A stretch of 64,000 nucleotides of DNA from Nostoc sp. (lineage in GTDB: Bacteria; Cyanobacteriota; Cyanobacteriia; Cyanobacteriales; Nostocaceae). The notes under the pieces are model-generated. The model saw nothing but the letters and a program-made list of their open reading frames with translations. It was not told the DNA's origin and made no database searches. This document shows positions 42,246 to 52,694 of the stretch, piece by piece. Location: assembly GCA_036918135.1 (NCBI GenBank), contig JBALDB010000015.1, positions 64,001 through 128,000 of the forward strand, written 5' to 3'. A program made the translations under genes and the position numbers. The first letter of the stretch is position 1. Every line of letters starts with the position of its first letter.

Positions 42246-42448
42246 AAAAATTCAAAAATCCAAATAAATTTGGGTTGACGCCATTTCTTTTTGAAGATGC
42301 GCCGATGACAATTACATAAATAAAGCGCAGCCTTAGATAGATTTAAGATAACGAATGCTTCGGCTCCCATCGACTATGCTACCTCGGCTCCGCTCGGCAC
42401 AAGTCAGGGCAAGTCGCTCAGCACAAGTGACTAATGACTAATAACTAA

Positions 42449-43723
42449 TTAAAAGTCATCATCATAGTTTCTCACTGTTTTGGGGTCGGGGGCAAAGGCT
42501 AACCAAAGAGGAAATTGCAGCAGGGACAAACTGATTTGATCTTCTGAATCGTCGATAATAATCAAAGGCAATTGATTAGCTTTTACCAATCGGTCTGCTT
42601 TTTGGGCGACAGCTTCAGATGCTTCAAATAATACCACGCCTCGGTCTGGACCAAAATCTGGGCGACCGATTCCCAGACAGTCTTGCAAGCCGCGCCGCCA
42701 TTCACCTAATCGTTCAGGTGTATTAGCTAAGACTAAAGTACGGACGCGATCGCCATACAGCTTGTGTAAGATTGAAATTACGGCTGAGGCAATTAGGATA
42801 TTTTGCAAACGACTACCCATTGTCCGCAAAGCACCCCGCCCTCCTTGGCTGAAAAACCAGTTAGAAACTCGTTCAGCGTGGACTGGTTCAAACGTGCGGC
42901 GCAGTTGCCAAGCCTGACCATAGTAATCTGGCTGATTGCGGTACTGGTCAATTAAGCGGCGAATTTGCTTTGTAGTATCTTGAAACTGTTGTTGAGCAAA
43001 TTGTGGTATTCCTGGCTGAGGTTCAACTGCTTTAGCCTCTTTGAGAGATGGTTTTTCTCTTTCTACCACAGTTGGCGTCAGTTGCAATTGCTCAGCAGCA
43101 GCAGCCAAATCCTGTAAGCTACCCGTGAGATAGTCTTTAAAACCCTGCACTCGAATTGCCAAGTCTTGGGATGCTCCGGCAAAAGTGGTTCGCATCTCGT
43201 TGCGAATACGTTCTTGACGGCGTTCTAACTGTTCTATAGAAATTTGCAGGGCTTGTTTGCGTTGTTCTAACTGCATTACTGACTCTTGTACGAGTCGTCC
43301 CAGAGAAGTTTGAGTTTCACTCAATTGTGCCTGAAGGGTTTTATAGGAAGCTTGCAAGTTAGCTATTTCTTGCTTAAGCGCTGCTTCAGTGGTTTGCAAA
43401 TCTGCCACTCGCTGCTCTGCTGTGGCGTATAATAAACTCTTTTCTGATTCCGCTCTGTCTGACCCCAGTGCAGTAATTTCCGGTTCTAACTGCCCTACAA
43501 ACTCACCATTTAAATTTTGTGTTGGCTCTACTGTAGGATCTACCTCTGCTGTATTGGAGATAGTTGAATCAAAAGTTGCGTGGTTTTCTGATGAGCTAAT
43601 GGCTGCTGTTTCTACCACTGAATCAACAGATGGGTTTGGTTGAGGTTCAACTACATTAGTCTGTTCTTCTTGTGCCAACCATTCATCAACTGGTTCTGGG
43701 GTTTGAGATGCCTCTGGGTTCAT
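42449..43723 (-). CDS. DUF3086 domain coiled-coil protein
   Basis: Acidic N-terminus, coiled coil, GFKDYLTGSLQDL, PERLGEWRRGLQDCLG; next to plsY. ATG 43723 chosen. Confidence 0.82.
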   Translation of the reverse strand: MNPEASQTPEPVDEWLAQEEQTNVVEPQPNPSVDSVVETAAISSSENHATFDSTISNTAEVDPTVEPTQNLNGEFVGQLEPEITALGSDRAESEKSLLYATAEQRVADLQTTEAALKQEIANLQASYKTLQAQLSETQTSLGRLVQESVMQLEQRKQALQISIEQLERRQERIRNEMRTTFAGASQDLAIRVQGFKDYLTGSLQDLAAAAEQLQLTPTVVEREKPSLKEAKAVEPQPGIPQFAQQQFQDTTKQIRRLIDQYRNQPDYYGQAWQLRRTFEPVHAERVSNWFFSQGGRGALRTMGSRLQNILIASAVISILHKLYGDRVRTLVLANTPERLGEWRRGLQDCLGIGRPDFGPDRGVVLFEASEAVAQKADRLVKANQLPLIIIDDSEDQISLSLLQFPLWLAFAPDPKTVRNYDDDF

Positions 43724-43918
43724 AAACAATAGTGTAATTCCTAATGATGCCAATAAATAGCTTTTAAAAATATTACAATTAACAAGCTTTCAAAGTCCTA
43801 AGTTTCAAAACGTACTGAATTTTGAGTTTTTAGTATAGATTACAACTACTCATCATTTAGTTAAAAGTTTGAGCGGCGGCTTTTACCACTCAAATCTTCG
43901 CTGACTCAGGACTCAGTA

Positions 43919-44305
43919 CTAAATGTACGGACAACGTTCTTCCAAGCAAGTTTTCAAGGTGATGGGGTCAAATAAAATCGGCAAAAAGTGAATGCTTTTG
44001 ATTTCTCTAAAGTAAAACAGGATAGGAACTCTATTCCAGAAGATACGCCAATTTTGCCATTCCTGATACGGAAAACGCCGAATCAATTTTTCGCCTCTGT
44101 GAATATCTAAGTCGGTAGCGGTAAATTGCAAGCGCAGTGTTAACGCTTGAAACGTCAGAAATAAGCCAAACAGCATAAAAGCAAAGCCTATCCACGGTTG
44201 TACTAATATTAATGGAATAGCACCAATTACCAACACTATAGGTATATTGTAGCTAGGCTTGAGTTCCACAGTCGCAGTGGAGTTAGGGGCAAATGAACTG
44301 GTCAC
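43919..44305 (-). CDS. DUF3119 family membrane protein
   Basis: Two TM helices, RFPYQEW, YFREIKSIHFLPILFD. Confidence 0.85.
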   Translation of the reverse strand: MTSSFAPNSTATVELKPSYNIPIVLVIGAIPLILVQPWIGFAFMLFGLFLTFQALTLRLQFTATDLDIHRGEKLIRRFPYQEWQNWRIFWNRVPILFYFREIKSIHFLPILFDPITLKTCLEERCPYI

Positions 44306-44402
44306 TGTCTTAAATAGTGCTTTGTTAGTAGATATCTCTCTATTTTAGGAGTGAGGAGCTAGGAGTTAAAGGTTAAAACTCCTAACTCTGTGAACTTCCA
44401 TT

Positions 44403-45200
44403 TTATGAGCCTTGCAGGAATGCACTCCCAGTGCCCTGAAACATTAACCAAGAAAGAAAGAAATTAGTAACAAAGATAATCAGCAAAGCAGTCACAACAG
44501 CAGCTGTGGTTGACTGTCCTACACCTTTGGCTCCTCCTGTTGTTGTCATGCCCCAACTGCAACCAATTACAGCGATTAGAATACCAAAGCAGCACGCTTT
44601 AATCATGGCGCTAAAAATATCCCAAAGACCAAGAAAGTTACGGGCTGAGTCCAGAAAGACGGTATCAGAGAGGTTGTAAATATTTGTCGCAATTATCAAT
44701 CCTCCTAACATTCCTGTGACCAGAGATAAGAGGGTTAAAATTGGAAGCATTAAAAAACAAGCAATAACGCGGGGGATAACTAGGTAATCGATTGGATCTG
44801 TTCTTAGCATCAACATAGCATCGATTTGTTCTGTCACCCGCATCGTACCGATTTCTGCTGCAAAGGCAGAACCGACTCGCCCCGCCAAAACCACTGCTGT
44901 TAAGACAGGAGAAAGTTCTCGTGTCAAGGCTACGGAAAGCACTCCGCCGATAATGTTCCCGGCGCCAAAGTTGATAAATTCTCGCGCCACCTGAATAGTA
45001 AACACCGCACCGACGAAAATAGCCGTTAATAGAGCAATAAATAAGGAATCTGGCCCGACTGCTGCCATTTGCTCTAAGGTATTGCGGCGATGAATTTTAC
45101 CCTTTAATAGGTGAACTAGTACTTGCCCACCTAGAAAAATCGCTGCCAGCAACCGCTGACTCCATTCTCCTAAACTGGATTTGGATGTAGTCTGGTTCAA
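44403..45200 (-). CDS. mlaE: MlaE/TGD1 family lipid ABC transporter permease
   Basis: RELSPVLTA, GRVGSAFAAEIGTMRVTEQIDA, GGAKGVG. Confidence 0.93.
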   Translation of the reverse strand: MNQTTSKSSLGEWSQRLLAAIFLGGQVLVHLLKGKIHRRNTLEQMAAVGPDSLFIALLTAIFVGAVFTIQVAREFINFGAGNIIGGVLSVALTRELSPVLTAVVLAGRVGSAFAAEIGTMRVTEQIDAMLMLRTDPIDYLVIPRVIACFLMLPILTLLSLVTGMLGGLIIATNIYNLSDTVFLDSARNFLGLWDIFSAMIKACCFGILIAVIGCSWGMTTTGGAKGVGQSTTAAVVTALLIIFVTNFFLSWLMFQGTGSAFLQGS

Positions 45201-45697
45201 TGTTTTGTAGCTAACTTGGTAACTGCCTTAAGAATAGCGAAAGTCGTGGGAAATGGGGAATGGGGCATTGGGAGTTTGGTCAGGGTTGTTGCTTTTTTAT
45301 AATCTACACACTCCCTCATCTCCCGGTTTGGTGAGTTTCGACTACGCAAAAATCGAGCGAAGTTGAGATTCAACTACCGCCAAGTCGAACCACATTTCCC
45401 CACTCTCTAAATAGGGCTGAATATTAACTTAGTTTAAAGATGTTCTCAGAAAATAAAGCTGTTATTAAACGTGTTGCTAAGCGATAAACAGGTACTAACT
45501 TTGTCTATAACCTTTATTTGACAAAGATTTTGTAGATTTCAGTTTTTTTTTACATCCCCAGCATATGATGTAACTTGTAGCGGTTTATTTTAATGAAAAC
45601 TTAAGATTTTTGACAGATTGTCTGGTCTCAAGCAATTGCACGTATTGTAGAAAATGACAAACCGCTATCGAGCTATTGTCATCTTCACTCACGGAGT

Positions 45698-46003
45698 TTG
45701 TCTTCAATGACTATTTTCGCTAGCTTTCTCCGCTCCCTGTTACTGACGGTCGTTTTTAGTTTTGTCGCCCCCATGTTGCTAATTGGCGGGGGATTGCTGT
45801 TTCTATTCCTGATGGGTCGTTTTCCGGGTTTACAAGAGTTGACTGAGGCGATCGCTACTGCGATTATGGATTTTCTTGCCACCTTTGGCAGTGGAACTCC
45901 TGTACGCGGATTATTTGTAATTAGCTTGACCTGTAGTTTCGTCGGTACACTATTTGATATTTACGTTTGTTATCGGTGTCAAATTTTACGAAGCGATTCT
46001 TAA
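45698..46003 (+). CDS. Small hypothetical membrane protein
   Basis: 101-aa ORF with hydrophobic helices in an otherwise non-coding gap. Confidence 0.65.
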   Translation: MSSMTIFASFLRSLLLTVVFSFVAPMLLIGGGLLFLFLMGRFPGLQELTEAIATAIMDFLATFGSGTPVRGLFVISLTCSFVGTLFDIYVCYRCQILRSDS

Positions 46004-46612
46004 ATAGTGAAAATAGCTTTGCTCAGATGTTCATCAACTGTACAAAATAAAAAAGTGATTTTCTCAACTAAAACTACCGTTGGTCTGAACTTGATAAAGA
46101 TTAGTGTTAATAAACGAATTTTTTATTAATTAAAGTACTAAAATTATTGATTAAATATTCAATGAATTATTAGTTATTAATTACTAATATGGCCGTAGTC
46201 ATATAGGTTAGGACATAATAACAAGCGTGAATGTCAGCAAGAGTGATGTTTTTACCTCCTGCCTCCTGCTATAACTAATGCAGGTCTGCGCCTGTAGCAA
46301 ACTACTTCTATCTTAGAAGCCCAAGCCCAAAAACTTTGAGATTTTTGAATCCCCTAAAACAGCAAAAATAGCGCTTCTAAATCATCACGGTGGACATGAA
46401 AGTAGAGTTAGGTATTTTATACTAGCTACAATCTTCAATAACTTAATTAATATTCACCAAAAATTTCACAAAAAAGTATCTCTAAAATATAAAAAAATTC
46501 TTAAAATTCTGGTAAAAACAATGACCGCTCATGTTTCTTAACAGAACCAAGGAGGTCGTTTGACCGCTGGGCATCTTATATTAAGTTTATGACGAAGTTA
46601 TGTTGACAACTC

Positions 46613-47434
46613 ATGGTTTGGCCGTTTAAGCCCAAGTTTAAGAAACAAATTGCGCGAATTGAAATTACTGGTGCGATCGCGGGTGCTACTCGCAAACGCG
46701 TCCTAGAAGCCCTGAAAACTATAGAAGAAAAAAAGTTTCCGGCTTTATTACTGCGTATCGATAGTCCTGGCGGTACAGTCGGAGATTCCCAAGAAATCTA
46801 CAGTGCCTTAAAGCGTTTGCGCGAAAAAATTAAAATTGTTGCCAGCTTTGGCAATATTTCGGCTTCCGGAGGCGTCTATATTGGGATGGGAGCCGAACAC
46901 ATCATAGCTAATCCAGGTACGATTACAGGTAGCATTGGTGTGATTCTGCGTGGGAATAATTTGGAACGCTTGTTAGAAAAAATCGGTGTTTCCTTCAAGG
47001 TAATTAAGTCGGGGCCTTACAAAGACATTTTGGCTTTTGACCGGGAACTGACTCAACCAGAAGCAAACATTCTTCAAGAATTGATTGACACAAGTTATCA
47101 GCAGTTTGTGCAAACGGTAGCTGATGGTCGTTCTTTGACGGTAGAAGCCGTGAGAAATTTTGCCGATGGGCGGATTTTTACTGGACAGCAAGCCCTAGAA
47201 TTAGGAATTGTAGACCGCTTGGGCACAGAAGAAGATGCCCGTCGTTGGACAGCGGAACTAGTCGGTCTCGATCCAGAAAAAACTCTTTGCTATACCCTAG
47301 AAGAACGTAAACCTTTATTGAGTCGGATTCTCCCAGGTAATCGCCAGGTTTCATCTGGAATTCGCTCTGGAATCGATTGGCTCGAATTTGAAATGTCTAC
47401 TAGTGGTTTACCCTTGTGGTTGTATCGACCATAA
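46613..47434 (+). CDS. sppA: Signal peptide peptidase SppA (S49, short form)
   Basis: RIDSPGG, SASGGVY, TGSIGV, KSGPYKD, ADGRIFTG. Confidence 0.95.
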   Translation: MVWPFKPKFKKQIARIEITGAIAGATRKRVLEALKTIEEKKFPALLLRIDSPGGTVGDSQEIYSALKRLREKIKIVASFGNISASGGVYIGMGAEHIIANPGTITGSIGVILRGNNLERLLEKIGVSFKVIKSGPYKDILAFDRELTQPEANILQELIDTSYQQFVQTVADGRSLTVEAVRNFADGRIFTGQQALELGIVDRLGTEEDARRWTAELVGLDPEKTLCYTLEERKPLLSRILPGNRQVSSGIRSGIDWLEFEMSTSGLPLWLYRP

Positions 47435-47448
47435 TATGGTTGTTTATA

Positions 47449-47542
47449 ATTAGTCATTTGTCCTTTGTTGTTTATCATTAGTCATTTGTTTTTTGTCCAA
47501 AGTTTAATGACCAATGACCAATGACCAAATGACTGATGACTA
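47449..47542. repeat. Inverted STRR heptamer arrays (TTAGTCA / AATGACC)
   Basis: TTAGTCATTTGTCC... followed by AATGACCAATGACCAATGACC; similar arrays at about 5865-6014 and 41230-41390. Confidence 0.8.
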
Positions 47543-47662
47543 AGCGCAAAGTCTGTAGACGCTTCTGCGGCTTCCCGCAGGGTGCGGAGGTTTCCTCCAA
47601 TCAGAACTTTGTAAGAATGACCACTGACCAATGACTAATGATTAATTAAGGAGGATTTTCGC

Positions 47663-48076
47663 GTGGAGTGGCAAATGCGGGCTATTCGCGGAGCAACAAC
47701 AGTTGCCGAAAATACTATTGAGGCAATGCGAGAGGTGGTTACAGAATTACTCGATGAACTAGAAAATCGGAATGAATTCCAGCCAAAAGACATGATTAGC
47801 GTCACATTCTCCGTAACACAGGATTTAGATGCTATTTTTCCAGCAGCGATCGCCAGAGCGCGTCCCGGCTGGGATAATGTGGCAATGCTAGATGTGCAAC
47901 AAATGCATGTGGAAGGCAGTTTACAGCGCTGTATCCGGTTTTTAATCCACGCCTACCTCCCAGCCTCCGCTCCAATTCATCATATATATTTACGCAACGC
48001 TGCGAGTTTGCGCCCCGATTGGAGTTTGCCCCAGTATTTACAGACACCACAGCAAGCAGTTAAATCGAAAGTGTAA
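47663..48076 (+). CDS. aroH: Chorismate mutase, AroH class
   Basis: RAIRGATT, FPAAIAR, RCIR, YLRNAASLRPD. Confidence 0.95.
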   Translation: MEWQMRAIRGATTVAENTIEAMREVVTELLDELENRNEFQPKDMISVTFSVTQDLDAIFPAAIARARPGWDNVAMLDVQQMHVEGSLQRCIRFLIHAYLPASAPIHHIYLRNAASLRPDWSLPQYLQTPQQAVKSKV

Positions 48077-48254
48077 ATTATTTAGACAAATTTATTTAAA
48101 AAAGAAAATTGAATAAAGTCTTACGGTAGTAATAGGGCTACTGAACTTGCTGCGATGAGTGGAAAAATTGCCACTTGCTTTTCGTAATAATTTACGATCT
48201 TTGGTAAAGCGATCGCACTCAAAATTGAGATATTGAGTTATTAGGTAGTTCGTA

Positions 48255-48779
48255 ATGATTGTCCGATTCTATTTAGAGGAGCAACCAGACTCAGAAGGTC
48301 GGATGATTGCCGAAATATGGGCTTGGAATTTTAAACAATTGGAATACGTCCACAATTATATTCAGTGGTTGTTTCCTTTACCTGAGCGAAGTGCATTCAA
48401 TCCTCATGCTCCTGTTGTTAATGGGCAAGTAATTCAATCATTTCATACCAACCCACGCCTACGTCAAAATTTGCTGCGTTCCTTGACAGTTATGCTTGAG
48501 TTTTATGGGTTGCAGCGCCAAAACAGCGAGGATGGGAAAATAGTTATCAGCAAGTCAGAAGAATATCCTAAACGCAAAAGCGAATGGGTTTGTATATTTA
48601 ACCACAATTATCTTCGCATCACCCGAATTTTAAAGTGCTTGATGAATTTCGGATTGGAGAATGAAGCCCAAGCGTTTTATGAGTGCTTGCAGCAAATCTA
48701 CCACGAGGATAGCGAGCGTATTGGCTTTGAAACATTTCAATATTGGACAATTGCAGTCAAACAAAATCGGACAGTTTAA
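48255..48779 (+). CDS. Opioid growth factor receptor (OGFr) conserved-domain protein
   Basis: LEYVHNYIQWLFPL, MLEFYG, NHNYLRITRILKCL, FQYW. Confidence 0.88.
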   Translation: MIVRFYLEEQPDSEGRMIAEIWAWNFKQLEYVHNYIQWLFPLPERSAFNPHAPVVNGQVIQSFHTNPRLRQNLLRSLTVMLEFYGLQRQNSEDGKIVISKSEEYPKRKSEWVCIFNHNYLRITRILKCLMNFGLENEAQAFYECLQQIYHEDSERIGFETFQYWTIAVKQNRTV

Positions 48780-48837
48780 TCGAGTCTCAATTACCCTGTG
48801 AACTTTAAAAAATTATTTTGATTTTTAAATTTAAAAA

Positions 48838-49959
48838 ATGTCCTCTGGATACACACTACCTGTATTTGCGTGTGCTGCTGCTGTTGCAGCTTTACATTGG
48901 TTACGCGATCGCCAGCCTTTAAGCATAACATCGATAAATCTAATTGAACCAGATCGAATAGCAGAAATACCAATTGAACAGGTAGCAGGACTATCTGAAA
49001 ATATGGCTTTGGCAATCACCCGCAGCGAACCTGGTGACAACCTCGATTTGACTAGAAATACACCGATTTGGGCACTAGTGGAGTGGAGAAGCAAAGATGA
49101 AAAAGAGGGAGAGACAGTAATTATTAAGGGGGGAGAAGGAATTGGCAGACAGATGAATGCCGATAGCAAACCTGCTATTTATACCTATGCTCGAAGGTTA
49201 TTACAAGAGAATTTGCAACGAATGTTGGCACCGTTAGAAAAAATCACGGTGACGATTATTTTACCTGAAGGTCGATCGCTTGCTGTTCGGACTTCAAATT
49301 CTGCTTTTGGTGTAGTTGAAGGACTTTCGCTTTTAGGCACAACTGGCATTTCCCAACCTTTGAGTACACCAGAGCAACTTGCGGTTTTTCGGGCCGAATT
49401 ACAAAATAAAGCCAGTCGTTTTGATAGTTTGGTATTCTGTATTGGCGAGAATGGGCTAGATTTGGCGCGTCAACTAGGGATTAATTCCGAACAATTGGTG
49501 AAAACTGCTAACTGGCTTGGGCCAATGTTAGTAGAAGCTGATGTGCTGGGTATCAAAGAAATCTTATTATTTGGCTATCACGGTAAACTGCTGAAACTAG
49601 CAGGAGGAATTTTTCACACCCATCACCATCTAGCTGATGGACGCCGGGAAATTTTAGCAGCCCACTGTGCGATCGCTGGTTTAAAATCACCAGATATTCA
49701 AACTGTCTTTCACAGTCCTACCGCTGAAGCCGCACTTACATATCTCAGATCCCTAGACGCTTCCACAGGCAGTGATTGGGTAAATCAAGTTTACAATGCG
49801 ATCGCCGAAACCATCGATGTTCGTTCCCAGGAATACATCCAAAGCCACAGCCAAAGGGGTAGAGAAGTTACAGTCTGTGGCTCGATCCTCTTCGATCGCG
49901 ATCGTAAAATTATCGTCAAGAGTAAAACTGCTGGTCTGTTGATGGGAAAATTATGTTAA
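48838..49959 (+). CDS. cbiD: Cobalt-precorrin-5B C1-methyltransferase CbiD
   Basis: SGYTLPVFACAAA, GGEGIG, RTSNSAFGVVEGLSLLGTTG, GKLLKLAGGIFHTH. Confidence 0.95.
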   Translation: MSSGYTLPVFACAAAVAALHWLRDRQPLSITSINLIEPDRIAEIPIEQVAGLSENMALAITRSEPGDNLDLTRNTPIWALVEWRSKDEKEGETVIIKGGEGIGRQMNADSKPAIYTYARRLLQENLQRMLAPLEKITVTIILPEGRSLAVRTSNSAFGVVEGLSLLGTTGISQPLSTPEQLAVFRAELQNKASRFDSLVFCIGENGLDLARQLGINSEQLVKTANWLGPMLVEADVLGIKEILLFGYHGKLLKLAGGIFHTHHHLADGRREILAAHCAIAGLKSPDIQTVFHSPTAEAALTYLRSLDASTGSDWVNQVYNAIAETIDVRSQEYIQSHSQRGREVTVCGSILFDRDRKIIVKSKTAGLLMGKLC

Positions 49960-50189
49960 CTTATTATGAATAATCGTAAACAATTCCCATAAATAATCTT
50001 TTAAGTAATCTCTTTAGGATAAGTTTATCCTTCTAATACCATCTCCGATTACGGGAATAGACAAGCGCATATAAATAGGCGTTTGTCAAGGTTATTTATA
50101 CCATTATCAGCCCACCCAGGCTGAATAATAACATCTAGCTAAGATTACAGGGCATCAATTTATCCTTCACAGACATAATTCTCCCCGTT

Positions 50190-51812
50190 ATGAATACAGC
50201 GGTGACTCTACCAACAGAACAAGCGTCCCAAACATTAGAAAATTATGGGCAGCTGAATCGTCAATTAATTGTGATTTTGGACTTTGGCTCTCAATATTCC
50301 GAGTTGATTGCCCGTCGCATCCGCGAGACTCAAGTATACTCTGAAGTTTTGTCTTATCGCACTAGTTCTGCACATTTGCGCCAACTCAATCCGAAGGGAA
50401 TCATCCTTTCTGGCGGGCCGAGTTCGGTTTATGGCAATAACGCTCCCCATTGTGACCCAGAAATCTGGAATTTGGGAATACCCATCTTGGGTGTTTGCTA
50501 TGGGATGCAGCTAATGGTGAATCAACTCGGTGGGGAAGTGGCAAAGGCCGACCGAGGCGAATACGGAAAAGCATCATTATATATAGACGATCCTACAGAT
50601 TTGTTCACCAATGTTGAAGATGGTATCACCATGTGGATGAGTCATGGAGACTCAGTTACCCAAATGCCACCAGGGTTTGAATTATTAGCGCATACAGAAA
50701 ATACTCCCTGTGCTGCCATTGCCGACCACAGAAGGAAACTTTATGGCGTGCAGTTCCATCCAGAGGTGGTACATTCAATTGGTGGTATAGCATTAATTCG
50801 GAATTTTGTCTACCATATCTGCGATTGCGAACCTACTTGGACGACAGCAGCTTTTGTAGAAGAAGCAATTCGGGAAATTCGTGCCAGAGTTGGCGATAAA
50901 CGGGTATTGTTGGCTTTGTCTGGGGGTGTGGATTCTTCGACTTTGGCGTTCTTGTTGTATCAAGCTATTGGTGACCAACTGACTTGCGTGTTTATCGACC
51001 AAGGCTTCATGCGAAAGTATGAGCCAGAGCGATTAGTGAAGCTGTTCCAAGAGCAGTTTCATATTCCTGTAGAATATGTGAATGCTCGCGATCGCTTTTT
51101 AACCACCATTTCTGGTGTTACAGATCCCGAAGAAAAACGTCGCCGCATCGGACACGAATTCATTCGGGTATTTGAAGAAACATCCAAACGCCTCGGTCAC
51201 TTTGACTATCTGGCTCAAGGGACTCTTTATCCAGATGTGATCGAATCTGCTGATACCAACGTCGATCCCCAAACTGGCGAACGAGTAGCAGTGAAAATTA
51301 AGAGCCATCACAATGTAGGTGGTTTGCCAAAAGATTTACGATTTAAATTAGTAGAACCACTGCGGAAACTATTTAAAGATGAAGTCCGCAAAGTTGGACG
51401 TTCCATCGGTTTACCAGAAGAAATTGTTCAACGCCAACCTTTTCCTGGCCCTGGTTTGGCAATTCGTATTCTCGGTGAAATCACCGCCGAACGGTTAAAT
51501 ATTTTGCGCGATGCCGATTTAATCGTGCGGCAAGAAATAAATCAACGCGGTTTGTATAATACTTTTTGGCAAGCATTTGCTGTGTTGCTGCCTATTCGCA
51601 GTGTGGGCGTCATGGGAGATCAACGCACCTATGCTTATCCCATCGTTTTGCGGATTGTCACTAGTGAAGATGGGATGACAGCAGATTGGGCGAGAGTTCC
51701 TTACGATGTACTGGAAGTAATTTCCACTCGAATTGTGAATGAAGTCAAAGGGGTGAATCGAGTGGTTTATGACATAACTTCTAAGCCGCCTGGAACCATT
51801 GAGTGGGAATGA
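50190..51812 (+). CDS. guaA: GMP synthase (glutamine-hydrolysing)
   Basis: [44 protein letters not shown]. Confidence 0.98.
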   Translation: MNTAVTLPTEQASQTLENYGQLNRQLIVILDFGSQYSELIARRIRETQVYSEVLSYRTSSAHLRQLNPKGIILSGGPSSVYGNNAPHCDPEIWNLGIPILGVCYGMQLMVNQLGGEVAKADRGEYGKASLYIDDPTDLFTNVEDGITMWMSHGDSVTQMPPGFELLAHTENTPCAAIADHRRKLYGVQFHPEVVHSIGGIALIRNFVYHICDCEPTWTTAAFVEEAIREIRARVGDKRVLLALSGGVDSSTLAFLLYQAIGDQLTCVFIDQGFMRKYEPERLVKLFQEQFHIPVEYVNARDRFLTTISGVTDPEEKRRRIGHEFIRVFEETSKRLGHFDYLAQGTLYPDVIESADTNVDPQTGERVAVKIKSHHNVGGLPKDLRFKLVEPLRKLFKDEVRKVGRSIGLPEEIVQRQPFPGPGLAIRILGEITAERLNILRDADLIVRQEINQRGLYNTFWQAFAVLLPIRSVGVMGDQRTYAYPIVLRIVTSEDGMTADWARVPYDVLEVISTRIVNEVKGVNRVVYDITSKPPGTIEWE

Positions 51813-51901
51813 TTTAGTTTTTGGTAAGGGGAAGATGAGTTTCTCTTTCCCTTTCACTAAATACTAAAATTGGGAAAACATCACCAGGTTTTGCTCCCAC
51901 C

Positions 51902-52399
51902 ATGCAGACACCACAAAAAGGGCAAACAGCCAAAAGTGCGAACCAAAACCTCTATGAAACTGATTTCCACGCCTGGACTCAACAACAGGCTAACTTGTTA
52001 CGCGATCGGCAATGGAGTCAATTGGATTTATCCAATTTAATTGAGGAAATTGAGTCCTTGGGCAGAAAAGAACGCCAAGAATTGAGAAATCGTTTGAGTC
52101 TGTTAATTGGACATTTGTTGAAGTGGGAATATCAACCAGAACAACGTAGTCGGAGTTGGTTAGCTACAATTCGGGTGCAACGGCGGGAGATTATGAAGTT
52201 GCTGAGTGAAAATCCTAGTTTAAAGCCATATTTGCCAGAATTACTCCCGGAGGCTTATGAGAATGCTAAGGATTTGGCTTCAGGCGAAACAAACCTACCG
52301 CTATCAACTTTTGCACAGGAATGTTTATATTCATTGGAAAACATTTTCAGCGATCGCTTTTATCCAGGTGCATCTGCCACGGATGAACTAATAGAATAA
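51902..52399 (+). CDS. DUF29 family protein
   Basis: LYETDFHAW, LIEEIESLG, HLLKW.YQ, SW..TI..QR, NPSLK. Confidence 0.92.
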   Translation: MQTPQKGQTAKSANQNLYETDFHAWTQQQANLLRDRQWSQLDLSNLIEEIESLGRKERQELRNRLSLLIGHLLKWEYQPEQRSRSWLATIRVQRREIMKLLSENPSLKPYLPELLPEAYENAKDLASGETNLPLSTFAQECLYSLENIFSDRFYPGASATDELIE

Positions 52400-52694
52400 T
52401 CTAATTTTACAGCAGATATTTATTTGAAAATTCACGATTTCCAGATTTGAGCCAGACTATACATCCAACTTGATTCTGGCTTCTAAATCATGCTGCCAAA
52501 AATTCATAAAAATTATAAATTCGGTTAAGTTATGTTGATTTTATGCGAAAATTTCTCAATAAATCAACGAATTTGTTGGGTTTGAGGAGTTGACTAATTA
52601 CAGGCTTTTTTGATATTCTCGAATTCTTGGTTATTATTGGCTACTGCTATAAATACTTTCATTTTTGCCAATTAAAAGTATTAATTTTTAATTT

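Noticed and set aside
50059..50086. Hairpin GACAAGCGC...GCGTTTGTC upstream of guaA as a purine riboswitch
   Set aside because: Single stem only, with no three-way junction or conserved purine riboswitch core.
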